Shown piece after piece: positions 1-9,626 of a DNA stretch of 64,000 bases. Each line of letters begins with the position of its first letter. The first letter of the stretch is position 1. The notes below the pieces were generated by a model. That model ran no database searches. It was not told the origin of the DNA and was given only the letters and a program-made list of their open reading frames with translations. Location: the IMG/VR virus record IMGVR_UViG_3300025671_008697. One strand, 5' to 3'. The position numbers and the translations under genes were made by a program. The stretch is from a virus. Taxonomy: Duplodnaviria; Caudoviricetes.

Positions 1-1
1 A

Positions 2-142
2 TTAGATTCTGCTGCCCAAATCACCAATAGTGAAATAGCATCAGAACTTGCATTGCCTCCAGTTAAAATACATTGCAGTATTTTGGCAGAAGATGCTATC
101 AAGGCAGCAGTAGAGGATTATAAAAAGAAAAACTATTCATGA
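2..142 (+). CDS. iscU: Fe-S cluster scaffold IscU/NifU, C-terminal fragment (gene starts before the window)
   Basis: Not in ORF track. Frame 2 translates LDSAAQITNSEIASELALPPVKIHCSILAEDAIKAAVEDYKKKNYS*; LPPVKxHCSxLAEDAIKAA is the IscU signature. TGA overlaps the next ATG (ATGA). Confidence 0.93.
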   Translation, partial: LDSAAQITNSEIASELALPPVKIHCSILAEDAIKAAVEDYKKKNYS

Positions 143-1842
143 GGATAAAAATTTGTTCCCACGGAAAAGAAAAGATCCAAGGTTCTCATTATGATATAAC
201 AGCAACAAAATTATACCTCAAAACATGGTATGATTTATATGGATCTAATCCAAACACAGAATGGTTATTGGGGGGTTACTGGTTAGGCAATTCTAATAAA
301 TTGACTGCCGATTCTATATTAGATGAAAACCCAGACATAGTTGGCTTTGGTTGTTATGTATGGAATTACTTAGATCAACTTGATATTGCAAAGACTATAA
401 AACAAAAAAATCCAAACATAATAGTGGTTTTTGGTGGTCCAGAGTTAAGTGTACACAAAGATATAGAAGGGTACGAAGAAGTCCAAAAAAATTTTTTTAT
501 TAATAATTCTTTCGTTGATTACGTTGTATACGGTGAAGGCGAAAAACCATTTCAACAAATTATAGATTTTGAGTCGGGTTATTTACAAGATACCAATTCT
601 TTTATTAATATAGTTAAAAACAATAATGGTACTCGTCAATTATTTCCATTTGAACGAATTACAGACCCTGCATTTTTAAATTTAAGCATCTACCTAGAAA
701 ATAAAGATTATTTCTTAAAGGAAATACAATTATTAGAACAAGAAGGCATACATCGTGATACTCAAGCATGGGTAATTGAATATGCAAGAGGATGCATGTA
801 TAAATGTAGTTTTTGTGACTGGAGCCAAAACCTGACCAAAAAGGTATCTAGAAAAAAACATAGTTGGAAGGATGAAATAGATTTATTTTGTACAGCAGGT
901 GTTAGTGCAAGAGTTATTGACGCTAATTTTGGGCAATGGCCACAGGATGTTGAAATTTTTGATTATGCTATGTCAAAATTTGAAACTTATAAAAGTTTCA
1001 TATTTATGGTAAGCAATACGTCAAAGTTAAACAAAGAAAGAACATTATATTTTAATTTAAAAAGTATACAAACTTATGGTATGGGCTCAGGTATAAGACC
1101 TAAGATTTCTATCCAGGACACTCATGGTGATGTTTTAGAGAATATAAACAGACCTGGTACTGATATGGTTAAAATAGAAGAATCTATAAAAACCTTTAAA
1201 GAACTTTTATCTTGGAATGAGTTCCTTCAGATAAAAGTTGAACTTATATTGGGTTTACCTGGGCAAACTTTTAATCATATGAAAAATACGTTTAAAGAGT
1301 TATTTCGAATAGGAGTACGACAAAATATTCTTTTATTTGACTGGTATTTGCTTCCAAATAGTCCAGCCGCAGACGAAAATTACAGAAAACTTTGGGGTAT
1401 AAAAGCAAAAAAATATTATACTATCTCAGAAAGTTTTGCAAATGCTCCTTTTAAATTTTTAAGTTTAAAACATGCTTATCAAGAAATGTTAGACAATACA
1501 AAGACTGAATTTAGAAGTACAGGAAATATAGTGTCTGAAACAAAAAGTATGTCATTTTTAGAAATGCAGGCTGTTAGAATCCTTTGGAACTTTCTTCGTT
1601 CTAGACTGATTCATGTTGAACATGAATTTCCTGATCATAATTATTCGTATGATGAATATTGTAATGAAGTTGATGAATATTCAATAAAAGCTCTTAATAT
1701 GGCCGAGGAGCAATGGTTATATACAAATAAGTTAATAGATGAGTATGGATTTGTTGTATATGGATATTGGGATGATAAAGAAAAACTATTGTACCCTAGG
1801 TACCATTTTATAGATATGATAAAAGATGATATCACTTACTGA
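139..1842 (+). CDS. B12-binding-domain radical SAM protein
   Basis: N-terminal cobalamin-binding-like segment (DIVGFGCYVWN...VVFGGPE...DYVVYGEGE) followed by CxxxCxxC (RGCMYKCSFCDW). Confidence 0.85.
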   Translation: MRIKICSHGKEKIQGSHYDITATKLYLKTWYDLYGSNPNTEWLLGGYWLGNSNKLTADSILDENPDIVGFGCYVWNYLDQLDIAKTIKQKNPNIIVVFGGPELSVHKDIEGYEEVQKNFFINNSFVDYVVYGEGEKPFQQIIDFESGYLQDTNSFINIVKNNNGTRQLFPFERITDPAFLNLSIYLENKDYFLKEIQLLEQEGIHRDTQAWVIEYARGCMYKCSFCDWSQNLTKKVSRKKHSWKDEIDLFCTAGVSARVIDANFGQWPQDVEIFDYAMSKFETYKSFIFMVSNTSKLNKERTLYFNLKSIQTYGMGSGIRPKISIQDTHGDVLENINRPGTDMVKIEESIKTFKELLSWNEFLQIKVELILGLPGQTFNHMKNTFKELFRIGVRQNILLFDWYLLPNSPAADENYRKLWGIKAKKYYTISESFANAPFKFLSLKHAYQEMLDNTKTEFRSTGNIVSETKSMSFLEMQAVRILWNFLRSRLIHVEHEFPDHNYSYDEYCNEVDEYSIKALNMAEEQWLYTNKLIDEYGFVVYGYWDDKEKLLYPRYHFIDMIKDDITY

Positions 1843-2149
1843 ATTAGCGGCAGAAAAAGTTAGAACTCAATTACAAAAACGTGGCCAGGGGTTAGGTATT
1901 CGTATAGGAGTAAAAACCACTGGCTGTAGCGGTTTAGCTTATGTATTGGAATATGTGGACAGACCCGATCCCATGCGACCATTGACTTTTGACTGTCATG
2001 GTGTTACAGTATACGTAAACACAAAAGACGCACCATACTTAGAAGGTTTAGAAATGGATTGGGTCAAACAAGGACTAAATGAAGGATTCGAATTTCGTAA
2101 TCCGCAGGAACGAGACCGTTGCGGCTGCGGAGAAAGTTTCCGTGTATGA
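1826..2149 (+). CDS. iscA: Fe-S cluster assembly A-type carrier IscA/HesB
   Basis: GVKTTGCSGLAY motif and C-terminal CGCGESF. Confidence 0.95.
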   Translation: MISLTELAAEKVRTQLQKRGQGLGIRIGVKTTGCSGLAYVLEYVDRPDPMRPLTFDCHGVTVYVNTKDAPYLEGLEMDWVKQGLNEGFEFRNPQERDRCGCGESFRV

Positions 2150-2484
2150 AACCTTGGACCAGAGAAGACACTCAATATTGGATTAATCAACTTGAAAATA
2201 GAGTTCAAGATATTGAATTTTATTTAGACATTGCTACACGCTGGTGTGAAGACAGATTTATACACGATGAGCAACGAGTAGCAGCCTGCTATGTAATTAC
2301 AATTATTTGGGTATGTGCCCAACGAGATGAATCTGTAAGTAGACAAGAAGTAATGGAAATAATGGGCGTAGAACTTTGGGAAGATTTCGAAGATCATGAA
2401 TTTTTCCTTGGTGATGAATTTATGGATAAAGAATTAGAAGAACTACTGGAGCATGTTGTAGAGAAATTCGAAGATGATTATTGA
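2146..2484 (+). CDS. hypothetical acidic phage protein
   Basis: ORF track; start moved to ATG 2146 (ATGA overlap with iscA stop). Confidence 0.6.
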   Translation: MKPWTREDTQYWINQLENRVQDIEFYLDIATRWCEDRFIHDEQRVAACYVITIIWVCAQRDESVSRQEVMEIMGVELWEDFEDHEFFLGDEFMDKELEELLEHVVEKFEDDY

Positions 2485-3154
2485 ACGATATAATTATAAA
2501 ACTATTACAAGAGAAAGCGTAGACGGAAAACGGCATTACTGTTTGCCTGATGGATCTAAAGTACCTAGTGTAACTACAATCCTGGACAAAACTAAACCTT
2601 TGGAAAAACGGCAGGCACTAGCCAACTGGAAGAAGCGTGTGGGCGAAGAACGTGCTCAACAGATTACCACGGAAGCAGCCGGGCGTGGTACTAGAATGCA
2701 CAAGTGGTTAGAGGATTATGTAAAAACAGATGTGCTGAACGAGCCAGGCACAAATCCTTACAGCCAACAAAGCCACACAATGGCTCAGAAAATTATCTCC
2801 GAAGGTCTAAACAAAGTGGACGAGTTTTGGGGTATGGAAATTCCCTTATACTACAGCGGACTGTATGCTGGTACTACAGACTGCTTGGGCTTATGGCAAG
2901 GTCAGCCTGCAATAATGGACTTTAAGCAGACCAACAAACCCAAGCGGCGCGAATGGATTGAAGACTATTTTTTACAACTCAGTGCCTATGCACAGGCGCA
3001 CAATATAACACACGGAACTGACATCAAAACCGGTGTTATTTTAATGTGTAGCGCCGATTTTGAGTACCAAGAGTTTGTTTTAGAGCCCGAAGATTTTGAG
3101 TATTGGAGTCAGCGCTGGTTCGACAGAGTAGAGCAGTATTATAGAGAAAACTAA
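2474..3154 (+). CDS. PD-(D/E)XK exonuclease (Cas4/RecB/MGME1-like phage exonuclease)
   Basis: PSVTTIL, RGTRMH, YAGTTD and IMDFKQT motifs, plus YFLQLSAYA. Confidence 0.88.
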   Translation: MIIERYNYKTITRESVDGKRHYCLPDGSKVPSVTTILDKTKPLEKRQALANWKKRVGEERAQQITTEAAGRGTRMHKWLEDYVKTDVLNEPGTNPYSQQSHTMAQKIISEGLNKVDEFWGMEIPLYYSGLYAGTTDCLGLWQGQPAIMDFKQTNKPKRREWIEDYFLQLSAYAQAHNITHGTDIKTGVILMCSADFEYQEFVLEPEDFEYWSQRWFDRVEQYYREN

Positions 3155-3181
3155 ATATACTATAGGACATAGAACGAAAAC

Positions 3182-3703
3182 ATGGCTATAGTACAAATCA
3201 GTCAAATCAAGCATCGCAGAGGTACAAATGAAACACTACCTCAACTTGCCAGCGCAGAACTAGGCTGGAGCATTGATACCCGTCAACTTTATATCGGAAA
3301 TGGCACACTAGAAGAAGGTGCACCTGAAGTTGGTAACACAGAAATTTTAACTGAATTTAGTAATATTGCTGGAGTTACAAAATATACTCAACAATTAACA
3401 AATAACACCACTGCAAATATTGCCAGTCTAGTATTTGATTCAAGCGATCCTAGTGTAATTATAACTTACAGTCTTGTAAGAACACACACTGATACAGTTA
3501 ATGCCAATGTTAAAACAGGAACACTAACTGTAAGCCAATATCTTTCCAGAAATTCCAGTACTGATACAAACGTTGAACTAGGAGACACCGGATTTAGTTT
3601 CACTGTAACTCAGGTAAACAATGTTTGTTTTATTGCAGGTACTATTACTGACCAAAGTATTGACGCAAATTTAACATATACAATTAATAACTTAGCAGTT
3701 TAA
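3182..3703 (+). CDS. putative virion protein with Mtd_N-like N-terminus
   Basis: MAIVQISQIKHRRG...LPQLASAELGWSIDTRQLYIGNG resembles tail-fibre/major tropism determinant N-termini; TAAATA upstream. Confidence 0.55.
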   Translation: MAIVQISQIKHRRGTNETLPQLASAELGWSIDTRQLYIGNGTLEEGAPEVGNTEILTEFSNIAGVTKYTQQLTNNTTANIASLVFDSSDPSVIITYSLVRTHTDTVNANVKTGTLTVSQYLSRNSSTDTNVELGDTGFSFTVTQVNNVCFIAGTITDQSIDANLTYTINNLAV

Positions 3704-3706
3704 TCA

Positions 3707-4153
3707 ATGTGGAATCTACTACCGCATGAGCGTCTGCGTTCATGGCAAGAGTTTCGAAATGATCTATCTAATTTAGATTTGGCATCTGCTTGTTACCAAA
3801 CAGAGCATCTTTGGAGTTATGCTCCCTACGTCCAAAACTACTTACATTTTGATTATGTAGATGAATGGCCCAATCCTTGGGAATTATTATATGATAATTA
3901 CTATTGTGGACTTGCAAAAGCATTGGCAATAGTGTATACTTTATATCTTAGTAGCCATAAACCCCAAATCGAAATAAGAGTATATAATGACCCGTCAACC
4001 ATGGAACAATATAATTTAGTTTATGTTGACAAAGGAAAATATGTTCTTAATTACATTCATGACGAGGTTGTAAATAGTACACAGGTTAGCAAACAGTTAG
4101 TGCTAAAGAGAACGATTAGCACTGAAGAATTAAAATTAGAACAATTAGTTTAA
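3707..4153 (+). CDS. conserved hypothetical phage protein
   Basis: ORF track; tightly packed between neighbours. Confidence 0.6.
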   Translation: MWNLLPHERLRSWQEFRNDLSNLDLASACYQTEHLWSYAPYVQNYLHFDYVDEWPNPWELLYDNYYCGLAKALAIVYTLYLSSHKPQIEIRVYNDPSTMEQYNLVYVDKGKYVLNYIHDEVVNSTQVSKQLVLKRTISTEELKLEQLV

Positions 4154-4162
4154 GAGAGATCA

Positions 4163-6466
4163 ATGACACAAATTCAAGTATTAAAAAGAAACGGTGAGAA
4201 AGAACCACTAGATTTAGAAAAACTACACAAAGTTGTTTTCTGGGCTACCAAAGACATTACAGGTGTAAGTGCAAGCGAAGTAGAAATTAAAAGTCATATT
4301 CAATTTTACAATGGCATCAAAACATCGGATATCCAGGAAACACTAATTAAAAGTGCTGCTGATTTAATCAGTGAAGAAACTCCTAACTATCAATTTGTAG
4401 CAGGTAGGTTAATTAACTACCACTTGCGTAAAGAAGTCTATGGTGAGTATGAGCCATGGCCATTGTTAGACATTGTTAAGAAAAATGTAGACAAAGGGTT
4501 TTATGACCGGGGCCTGCTAGAAGCATACTCAGAAGAGGAATGGGCTGAACTGGAACGTGCAATCGACCATCACAAAGACGAGCACTTTACTTACGTGGCC
4601 ATGGAACAGTTCCGCGGCAAGTACCTTGTGCAAAACCGTGTAACAGGTGATATCTTTGAAACACCGCAGGTAGCATACATGCTTATTGCGGCAACATTGT
4701 TCCAGAGTTATGACAAATCCGTTAGACTACAATGGGTAAAGGATTATTATAATGCTGTTAGCAACCACGATATTAGTCTTCCTACTCCAGTTATGGCTGG
4801 TGTACGCACACCGCAAAAACAGTTTAGTAGTTGCGTTCTCATTGAGTCTGATGACAGTCTTGATAGTATCAATGCTACTGCAAGTAGTATTGTTCGTTAC
4901 GTAAGTCAAAAAGCCGGCATTGGCATTGGCGCAGGACGTATTCGTGCATTAGGTTCGCCTATTCGCAATGGTGATGCTTATCACACAGGAGTAATTCCTT
5001 TCTACAAGCACTTTCAAAGTGCCACACGCAGTTGCAGCCAAGGTGGTGTACGCAACGGTGCTGCTACTTTGTACTATCCTATCTGGCACTTGGAAGTAGA
5101 AGATCTGTTGGTTCTTAAAAACAACAAAGGAACAGAAGACAATCGTGTGCGTCATATGGACTACGGCATCCAGTTTAACAAGTTGATGTATGAACGCCTA
5201 ATCCAAGGTGGTGATATTACTTGCTTTAGTCCTCATGATGTTCCTGAAATGTACGAAGCATTCTTTAACGATCAAGAACGGTTCAAAGAACTGTACGAAC
5301 GTGCAGAGCGTAACACACGTCTACGCAAAAAGACTTACAAAGCAGTTGAACTGTTTGGTAAGTTCATGCAAGAGCGCAAGGATACAGGACGCATCTATTT
5401 GCAGAACGTAGACCATGCCAATACACACAGTCCCTTCAAAGAGGATCGTGCTCCTATTAAGATGAGCAACTTGTGTTGCGAAATTGACTTGCCCACAACG
5501 CCATTGTCAGATGTAAATGACCCCGATGGCAGAATTGCACTTTGCACATTGAGCGCAATTAACTGGGGCAATGTTAAGCAGCCACAAGACTTTGAACGTA
5601 TGTGTACATTAGCAGTGCGTGGTTTGGATGCACTACTAAGTTATCAGAACTATCCTGTACTTGCTGCCAAATTGGCCACTGACGAATTTAGACCTTTGGG
5701 CATTGGTATTATTAACTTTGCCTACTTCTTGGCCAAGCACGATGTCAGTTACAGTGATCCCAGTGCTCTTGCTCTTGTCGACGAGTACGCAGAAGCATGG
5801 AGTTACTACTTGCTGAAAGCCAGTGTAGAGTTAGCCAAAGAATTCGGCCCATGCACACGTTGGCAAGACCTAAAAAGTGCCAATGGCATCATGCCAATTG
5901 ATACACGCAAACGTGAAGTTGATGAACTTGTGGCACACCAAGAGCGTATGCCATGGGCAGAACTGCGCCGTGAAGCACAACAACATGGACAACGGAATGC
6001 TACCTTAATGGCATTGATGCCAGCAGAAACTTCAGCACAGATTTCAAACAGTACAAATGGCATTGAACCTCCAAGAAGTTATGTCAGTGTCAAGCAAAGC
6101 AAGCATGGTGTACTCAAGCAAGTGGTGCCTGAATATCGACGTCTAAAGAACAAATATGAACTACTTTGGGACCAAAAATCGCCCGAAGGATACCTAAAAA
6201 TCTGCGCTGTGTTGCAGAAATATATTGACCAAGGTATCAGTGTAAACACCAGTTACAATCCTCACTACTTTGAAGATGAAAAGATTCCAATGAGTGAGAT
6301 GTTGAAGCATTTGTTGATGTGTTATAAATATGGTACTAAACAGTTGTACTACTTTAACACCATGGATGGCCAAGGTGAGATCGACGTAGACAAACTAACA
6401 CAACGGCAAGACGAACCTGTTGAAGTTTTGGAAGACCAAGAAAACTGCGACAGTTGCGTAATCTAA
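4163..6466 (+). CDS. nrdA: ribonucleoside-diphosphate reductase class Ia alpha subunit
   Basis: N-terminal ATP cone (VLKRNG), FSSCVL, SNLCCEI, LMPAETS and C-terminal CDSCVI. Confidence 0.98.
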   Translation: MTQIQVLKRNGEKEPLDLEKLHKVVFWATKDITGVSASEVEIKSHIQFYNGIKTSDIQETLIKSAADLISEETPNYQFVAGRLINYHLRKEVYGEYEPWPLLDIVKKNVDKGFYDRGLLEAYSEEEWAELERAIDHHKDEHFTYVAMEQFRGKYLVQNRVTGDIFETPQVAYMLIAATLFQSYDKSVRLQWVKDYYNAVSNHDISLPTPVMAGVRTPQKQFSSCVLIESDDSLDSINATASSIVRYVSQKAGIGIGAGRIRALGSPIRNGDAYHTGVIPFYKHFQSATRSCSQGGVRNGAATLYYPIWHLEVEDLLVLKNNKGTEDNRVRHMDYGIQFNKLMYERLIQGGDITCFSPHDVPEMYEAFFNDQERFKELYERAERNTRLRKKTYKAVELFGKFMQERKDTGRIYLQNVDHANTHSPFKEDRAPIKMSNLCCEIDLPTTPLSDVNDPDGRIALCTLSAINWGNVKQPQDFERMCTLAVRGLDALLSYQNYPVLAAKLATDEFRPLGIGIINFAYFLAKHDVSYSDPSALALVDEYAEAWSYYLLKASVELAKEFGPCTRWQDLKSANGIMPIDTRKREVDELVAHQERMPWAELRREAQQHGQRNATLMALMPAETSAQISNSTNGIEPPRSYVSVKQSKHGVLKQVVPEYRRLKNKYELLWDQKSPEGYLKICAVLQKYIDQGISVNTSYNPHYFEDEKIPMSEMLKHLLMCYKYGTKQLYYFNTMDGQGEIDVDKLTQRQDEPVEVLEDQENCDSCVI

Positions 6467-6481
6467 TAGGAATAATAACAA

Positions 6482-7600
6482 ATGAGCGTTTTTAAAGTTA
6501 ATGAAAAAAGTAATCTATCCCGTACCATGTTTTTTGATGGCGGAGTTGATATTGCACGTTATGACACTATCAAGTATCGTCAATTTGAAAAACTAACAGA
6601 CAAGCAGTTAGGTTTCTTTTGGCGTCCAGAAGAAGTTGATGTGCTACGTGATGCCAAAGACTTTAAAGAACTAACACCATTTGAACAACATATTTTTACC
6701 AGCAACTTAAAACGCCAGATCCTATTAGACAGTGTACAGGGACGCAGTCCTAACATGGCATTTTTGCCTGTAGTCAGTATTCCAGAATTAGAAACTTGGA
6801 TTCAGACTTGGGCATTCAACGAAACTATTCACAGCCGCAGTTACACTCACTTGATTCGTAACGTTTATAGTGATCCCAGCACAGTGTTTGATGAACTAAC
6901 CACAATTCCTGAAATTCTTGACTGTGCCAAAGACATCAGCAAATACTATGATGACTTTATTGACGCAGCCACGGCCTATGGTTACTTGGGTTTAGGCACA
7001 CACACTGTTAACGGCGAGTCTGTGGTTGTTGATATGTATGATCTTAAAAAGAAACTATGGTTGTGTTTAAACTCAGTTAATGCACTTGAGGGCATTCGTT
7101 TCTATGTAAGTTTTGCATGTTCGTGGGCTTTTGCAGAACTCAAGAAGATGGAAGGTAATGCTAAAATTATCAAACTGATCGCAAGAGACGAAAATATACA
7201 TTTAGGTTCAACGCAGACCCTTATAAAATTGTTACCACAAGACGATAGTGATTTTGCAAAAATCAAATCGGAAACTGTTGCGGAATGTGAACAAATGTTC
7301 TTGAGTGCTGCTGAACAAGAAAAACGTTGGGCAGAATACTTGTTTAAAGATGGATCAATGATTGGTTTGAATGCCAAACTACTCAGCGACTATGTTGACT
7401 GGTTGACCTGTAAGCGTATGACCGCTGTTGGTTTAAACTGCGGCATCAAGCCCGGCAGTAATCCTTTACCTTGGACTGCTAAATGGATTGCAGGTGCCGA
7501 AGTGCAAGTTGCCCCACAGGAAACAGAAATTTCCAGTTATGTTATTGGTGGAACAAAGCAGGACGTAGACACAGACACATTCAAAGGTTTTAGTCTTTAA
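6482..7600 (+). CDS. nrdB: ribonucleoside-diphosphate reductase class Ia beta subunit
   Basis: FFWRPEEVD, ETIHSRSYTH, EGIRFYVSFA, RDENIH and VAPQETEISSY. Confidence 0.98.
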   Translation: MSVFKVNEKSNLSRTMFFDGGVDIARYDTIKYRQFEKLTDKQLGFFWRPEEVDVLRDAKDFKELTPFEQHIFTSNLKRQILLDSVQGRSPNMAFLPVVSIPELETWIQTWAFNETIHSRSYTHLIRNVYSDPSTVFDELTTIPEILDCAKDISKYYDDFIDAATAYGYLGLGTHTVNGESVVVDMYDLKKKLWLCLNSVNALEGIRFYVSFACSWAFAELKKMEGNAKIIKLIARDENIHLGSTQTLIKLLPQDDSDFAKIKSETVAECEQMFLSAAEQEKRWAEYLFKDGSMIGLNAKLLSDYVDWLTCKRMTAVGLNCGIKPGSNPLPWTAKWIAGAEVQVAPQETEISSYVIGGTKQDVDTDTFKGFSL

Positions 7601-7612
7601 GGCCTTAAATTC

Positions 7613-7648
7613 AAAAACAGAGCAGAAATATTACTGCTCTGTTTTTTT
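7613..7648 (+). terminator. intrinsic terminator after nrdB
   Basis: aaaacagagcag-loop-ctgctctgttttttt. Confidence 0.75.
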
Positions 7649-7677
7649 GTGGTATATAATACAATAAAGGAATAACG

Positions 7678-7926
7678 ATGCTGACAGTATATTCAAAAAA
7701 CAATTGTCCATTTTGCGTACAGGCAAAAAATCTATTAAAACTCAAAGGTATTGACTTCGAAGAAATTAATATTGAACAACAACCAGAAGCAAGAGAGTTT
7801 GTTGTAAGTGAAGGTCACAGAACTGTGCCTCAAATTTACAAAGATGGTGAGTTGTTTGTACAAGGCGGATTTCAAGGACTACAAAAACTTACAGAAGAAG
7901 AACTACGAACAAAGGCAGGTGTTTAA
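7678..7926 (+). CDS. grx: glutaredoxin (NrdH/GrxC-like)
   Basis: CPFC active site and TVPQIY; adjacent to nrdAB. Confidence 0.93.
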   Translation: MLTVYSKNNCPFCVQAKNLLKLKGIDFEEINIEQQPEAREFVVSEGHRTVPQIYKDGELFVQGGFQGLQKLTEEELRTKAGV

Positions 7927-8243
7927 TGTTAGTTAGTAATCAAACGCAGTACAGCAAAGGTGACTTGGTTAGTTTTAAATTAGCCAACGGTGACGAAATC
8001 GTGGCAGAAATTGTAGACAGTACAACGTTCGGATGGACTATTAAAAAGCCTTGCGTAGTAGTGCCCAGTCAGCAGGGCATTGGTTTAATGCAGGCATTGT
8101 TTACAGGCAAGGTAGATGCCAACATGGATCTCAGCAAAAACAGTGTGTTGCTACACGCAGAAACTGTAGCAGAACTGCACAGCCACTACTGGAAAACTAC
8201 CACAGGGTTTGAACTAGCACCTAAAGCCAGTATTGCCAAATAG
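7926..8243 (+). CDS. hypothetical small beta-barrel (Sm/SH3-like) phage protein
   Basis: VSFKLANGDEIVAEI pattern. Confidence 0.5.
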   Translation: MLVSNQTQYSKGDLVSFKLANGDEIVAEIVDSTTFGWTIKKPCVVVPSQQGIGLMQALFTGKVDANMDLSKNSVLLHAETVAELHSHYWKTTTGFELAPKASIAK

Positions 8244-8282
8244 ACAGTTTTAAGAGCCATAAATACCGTATAAGGTTAATTT

Positions 8283-8681
8283 ATGCCAGGAATAGCAAGA
8301 GTTGGTGATACATATGGACCAGGAGGAGTACTTACTTCTCCCGTCAGTCCCAATGTCATTGTGAATGGTAGACCAGTTGCACTTAACGCAGTTGCCTACA
8401 CACCTCACCCGTGCTGCGGTAAAATTGGTTGTCCTCCAACACACTGTGGCGGCACAGTACCAGGAATGCAAGCATTGGGATTTCAAGTTTTTGTTAATGG
8501 AGTCCCGCCTGTGCTTAAAGGTGATAATGGCATATGTGGACATGCTGTACGTACTGCTAGTGGTGACGTAAAAGTTGGTACCGGCGACGGCTTTGCAGAA
8601 AATCCAGATTTTGGCACATTTGATACATTATTAGAGCCAGAACTGGCTTTTGATGGCATAACAAACTTTGATTTTGGATAA
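8283..8681 (+). CDS. PAAR-domain spike-tip protein (gp5.4-like) with acidic extension
   Basis: MPGIARVGD...VIVNGRPVA...H..C...H...VFVNGVP...GD...CGH. Confidence 0.85.
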   Translation: MPGIARVGDTYGPGGVLTSPVSPNVIVNGRPVALNAVAYTPHPCCGKIGCPPTHCGGTVPGMQALGFQVFVNGVPPVLKGDNGICGHAVRTASGDVKVGTGDGFAENPDFGTFDTLLEPELAFDGITNFDFG

Positions 8682-8687
8682 TATAGT

Positions 8688-9626
8688 ATGGCAGAACCAA
8701 GTGCAGTATATCAAGGTAACACACCCTCATTAGAAAGCGGTGGACTTAATGCTCTACAGTTATCATTGGCCAACTTTATGGCTATTGGCAATCCTCCTCC
8801 GTTTGCAGTAAACGATGCTTTTATGCAGACAATGAAAACGTTTAGTGACTCGGGTGTATTGAGTCCATTTACACTAGATCCAGTAACGGGCCTGCCTAGA
8901 ATCCCAGACTTAAATTATAGCATTAGTGATGGCATCGCTTATGTTGCCCGAGGTGATGATATGTATTTGTTACGTCGAGCACAAGACTGCGGCCCAGACG
9001 AAAACAGATTAGAAGAGATTTATTTAGGACGTAGGCCTGATGTTGCTGAGGGTACTTGGGCGTTTTACGGGCAAGTTGTTGGCGGAACTGTTTCCAGTGG
9101 TGCAAACGATGGTTCGTGGGGCGGCGAGGCAACAGTTACAAACGTTGTTAGCCTGGGTTATGTTGACGTAAACGTGGCTGACTTCTCACTCGGGTTCAAT
9201 CCTTATTCTGATAGCTCGACGAGCGGTGGCAGTACAGGTAGTTTTGGCGCTACATCAGTAAACGGCGGCACAGATCCAAATGATCCTAAGTATGTCTGTA
9301 CTGCAATGTGTCGTACTTATGGCTTCGGTGAGTTTAGAACTAAGATATGGTTAGCATGGAGTCGTAAACATCTCAATGACTATCACCAAATTGGTTATCA
9401 TACTTTATTCCTCCCAATGGTAAACTATGCTTACTACTCTGGTACAGACAGCGTAGGTAAAAAAGCAGTTAGAGCCACATTAGAATTCTTGATGCGCCAC
9501 AGAACAGCAGACCTGCGTGCAAGACTCAGGGGCAATTCAGTAAAACGTGACACCATTGGCAGAATTTGGAACGCTATCTTCGAACCTTTAATTTATATTA
9601 CAGGTAAGATAAAAGGACGCAAGTAA
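8688..9626 (+). CDS. putative virion protein with conserved C-terminal CTAM domain
   Basis: Follows PAAR; G/S/T-rich linker then VCTAMCRTYGFGEFRTKIW...GYH domain. Confidence 0.55.
   Translation: MAEPSAVYQGNTPSLESGGLNALQLSLANFMAIGNPPPFAVNDAFMQTMKTFSDSGVLSPFTLDPVTGLPRIPDLNYSISDGIAYVARGDDMYLLRRAQDCGPDENRLEEIYLGRRPDVAEGTWAFYGQVVGGTVSSGANDGSWGGEATVTNVVSLGYVDVNVADFSLGFNPYSDSSTSGGSTGSFGATSVNGGTDPNDPKYVCTAMCRTYGFGEFRTKIWLAWSRKHLNDYHQIGYHTLFLPMVNYAYYSGTDSVGKKAVRATLEFLMRHRTADLRARLRGNSVKRDTIGRIWNAIFEPLIYITGKIKGRK

Noticed and set aside
2474-3154. Cas4 / CRISPR adaptation gene
   Set aside because: It lacks the Cas4 Fe-S cysteines and has no array. It fits a stand-alone phage exonuclease.
4727-7377. Short antisense ORFs inside nrdAB and similar ones throughout the track
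   Set aside because: They are fully nested opposite well-supported genes, with no RBS or recognisable motifs.
4163-7600. Introns or inteins in nrdA/nrdB
   Set aside because: Both ORFs are uninterrupted and of standard length.
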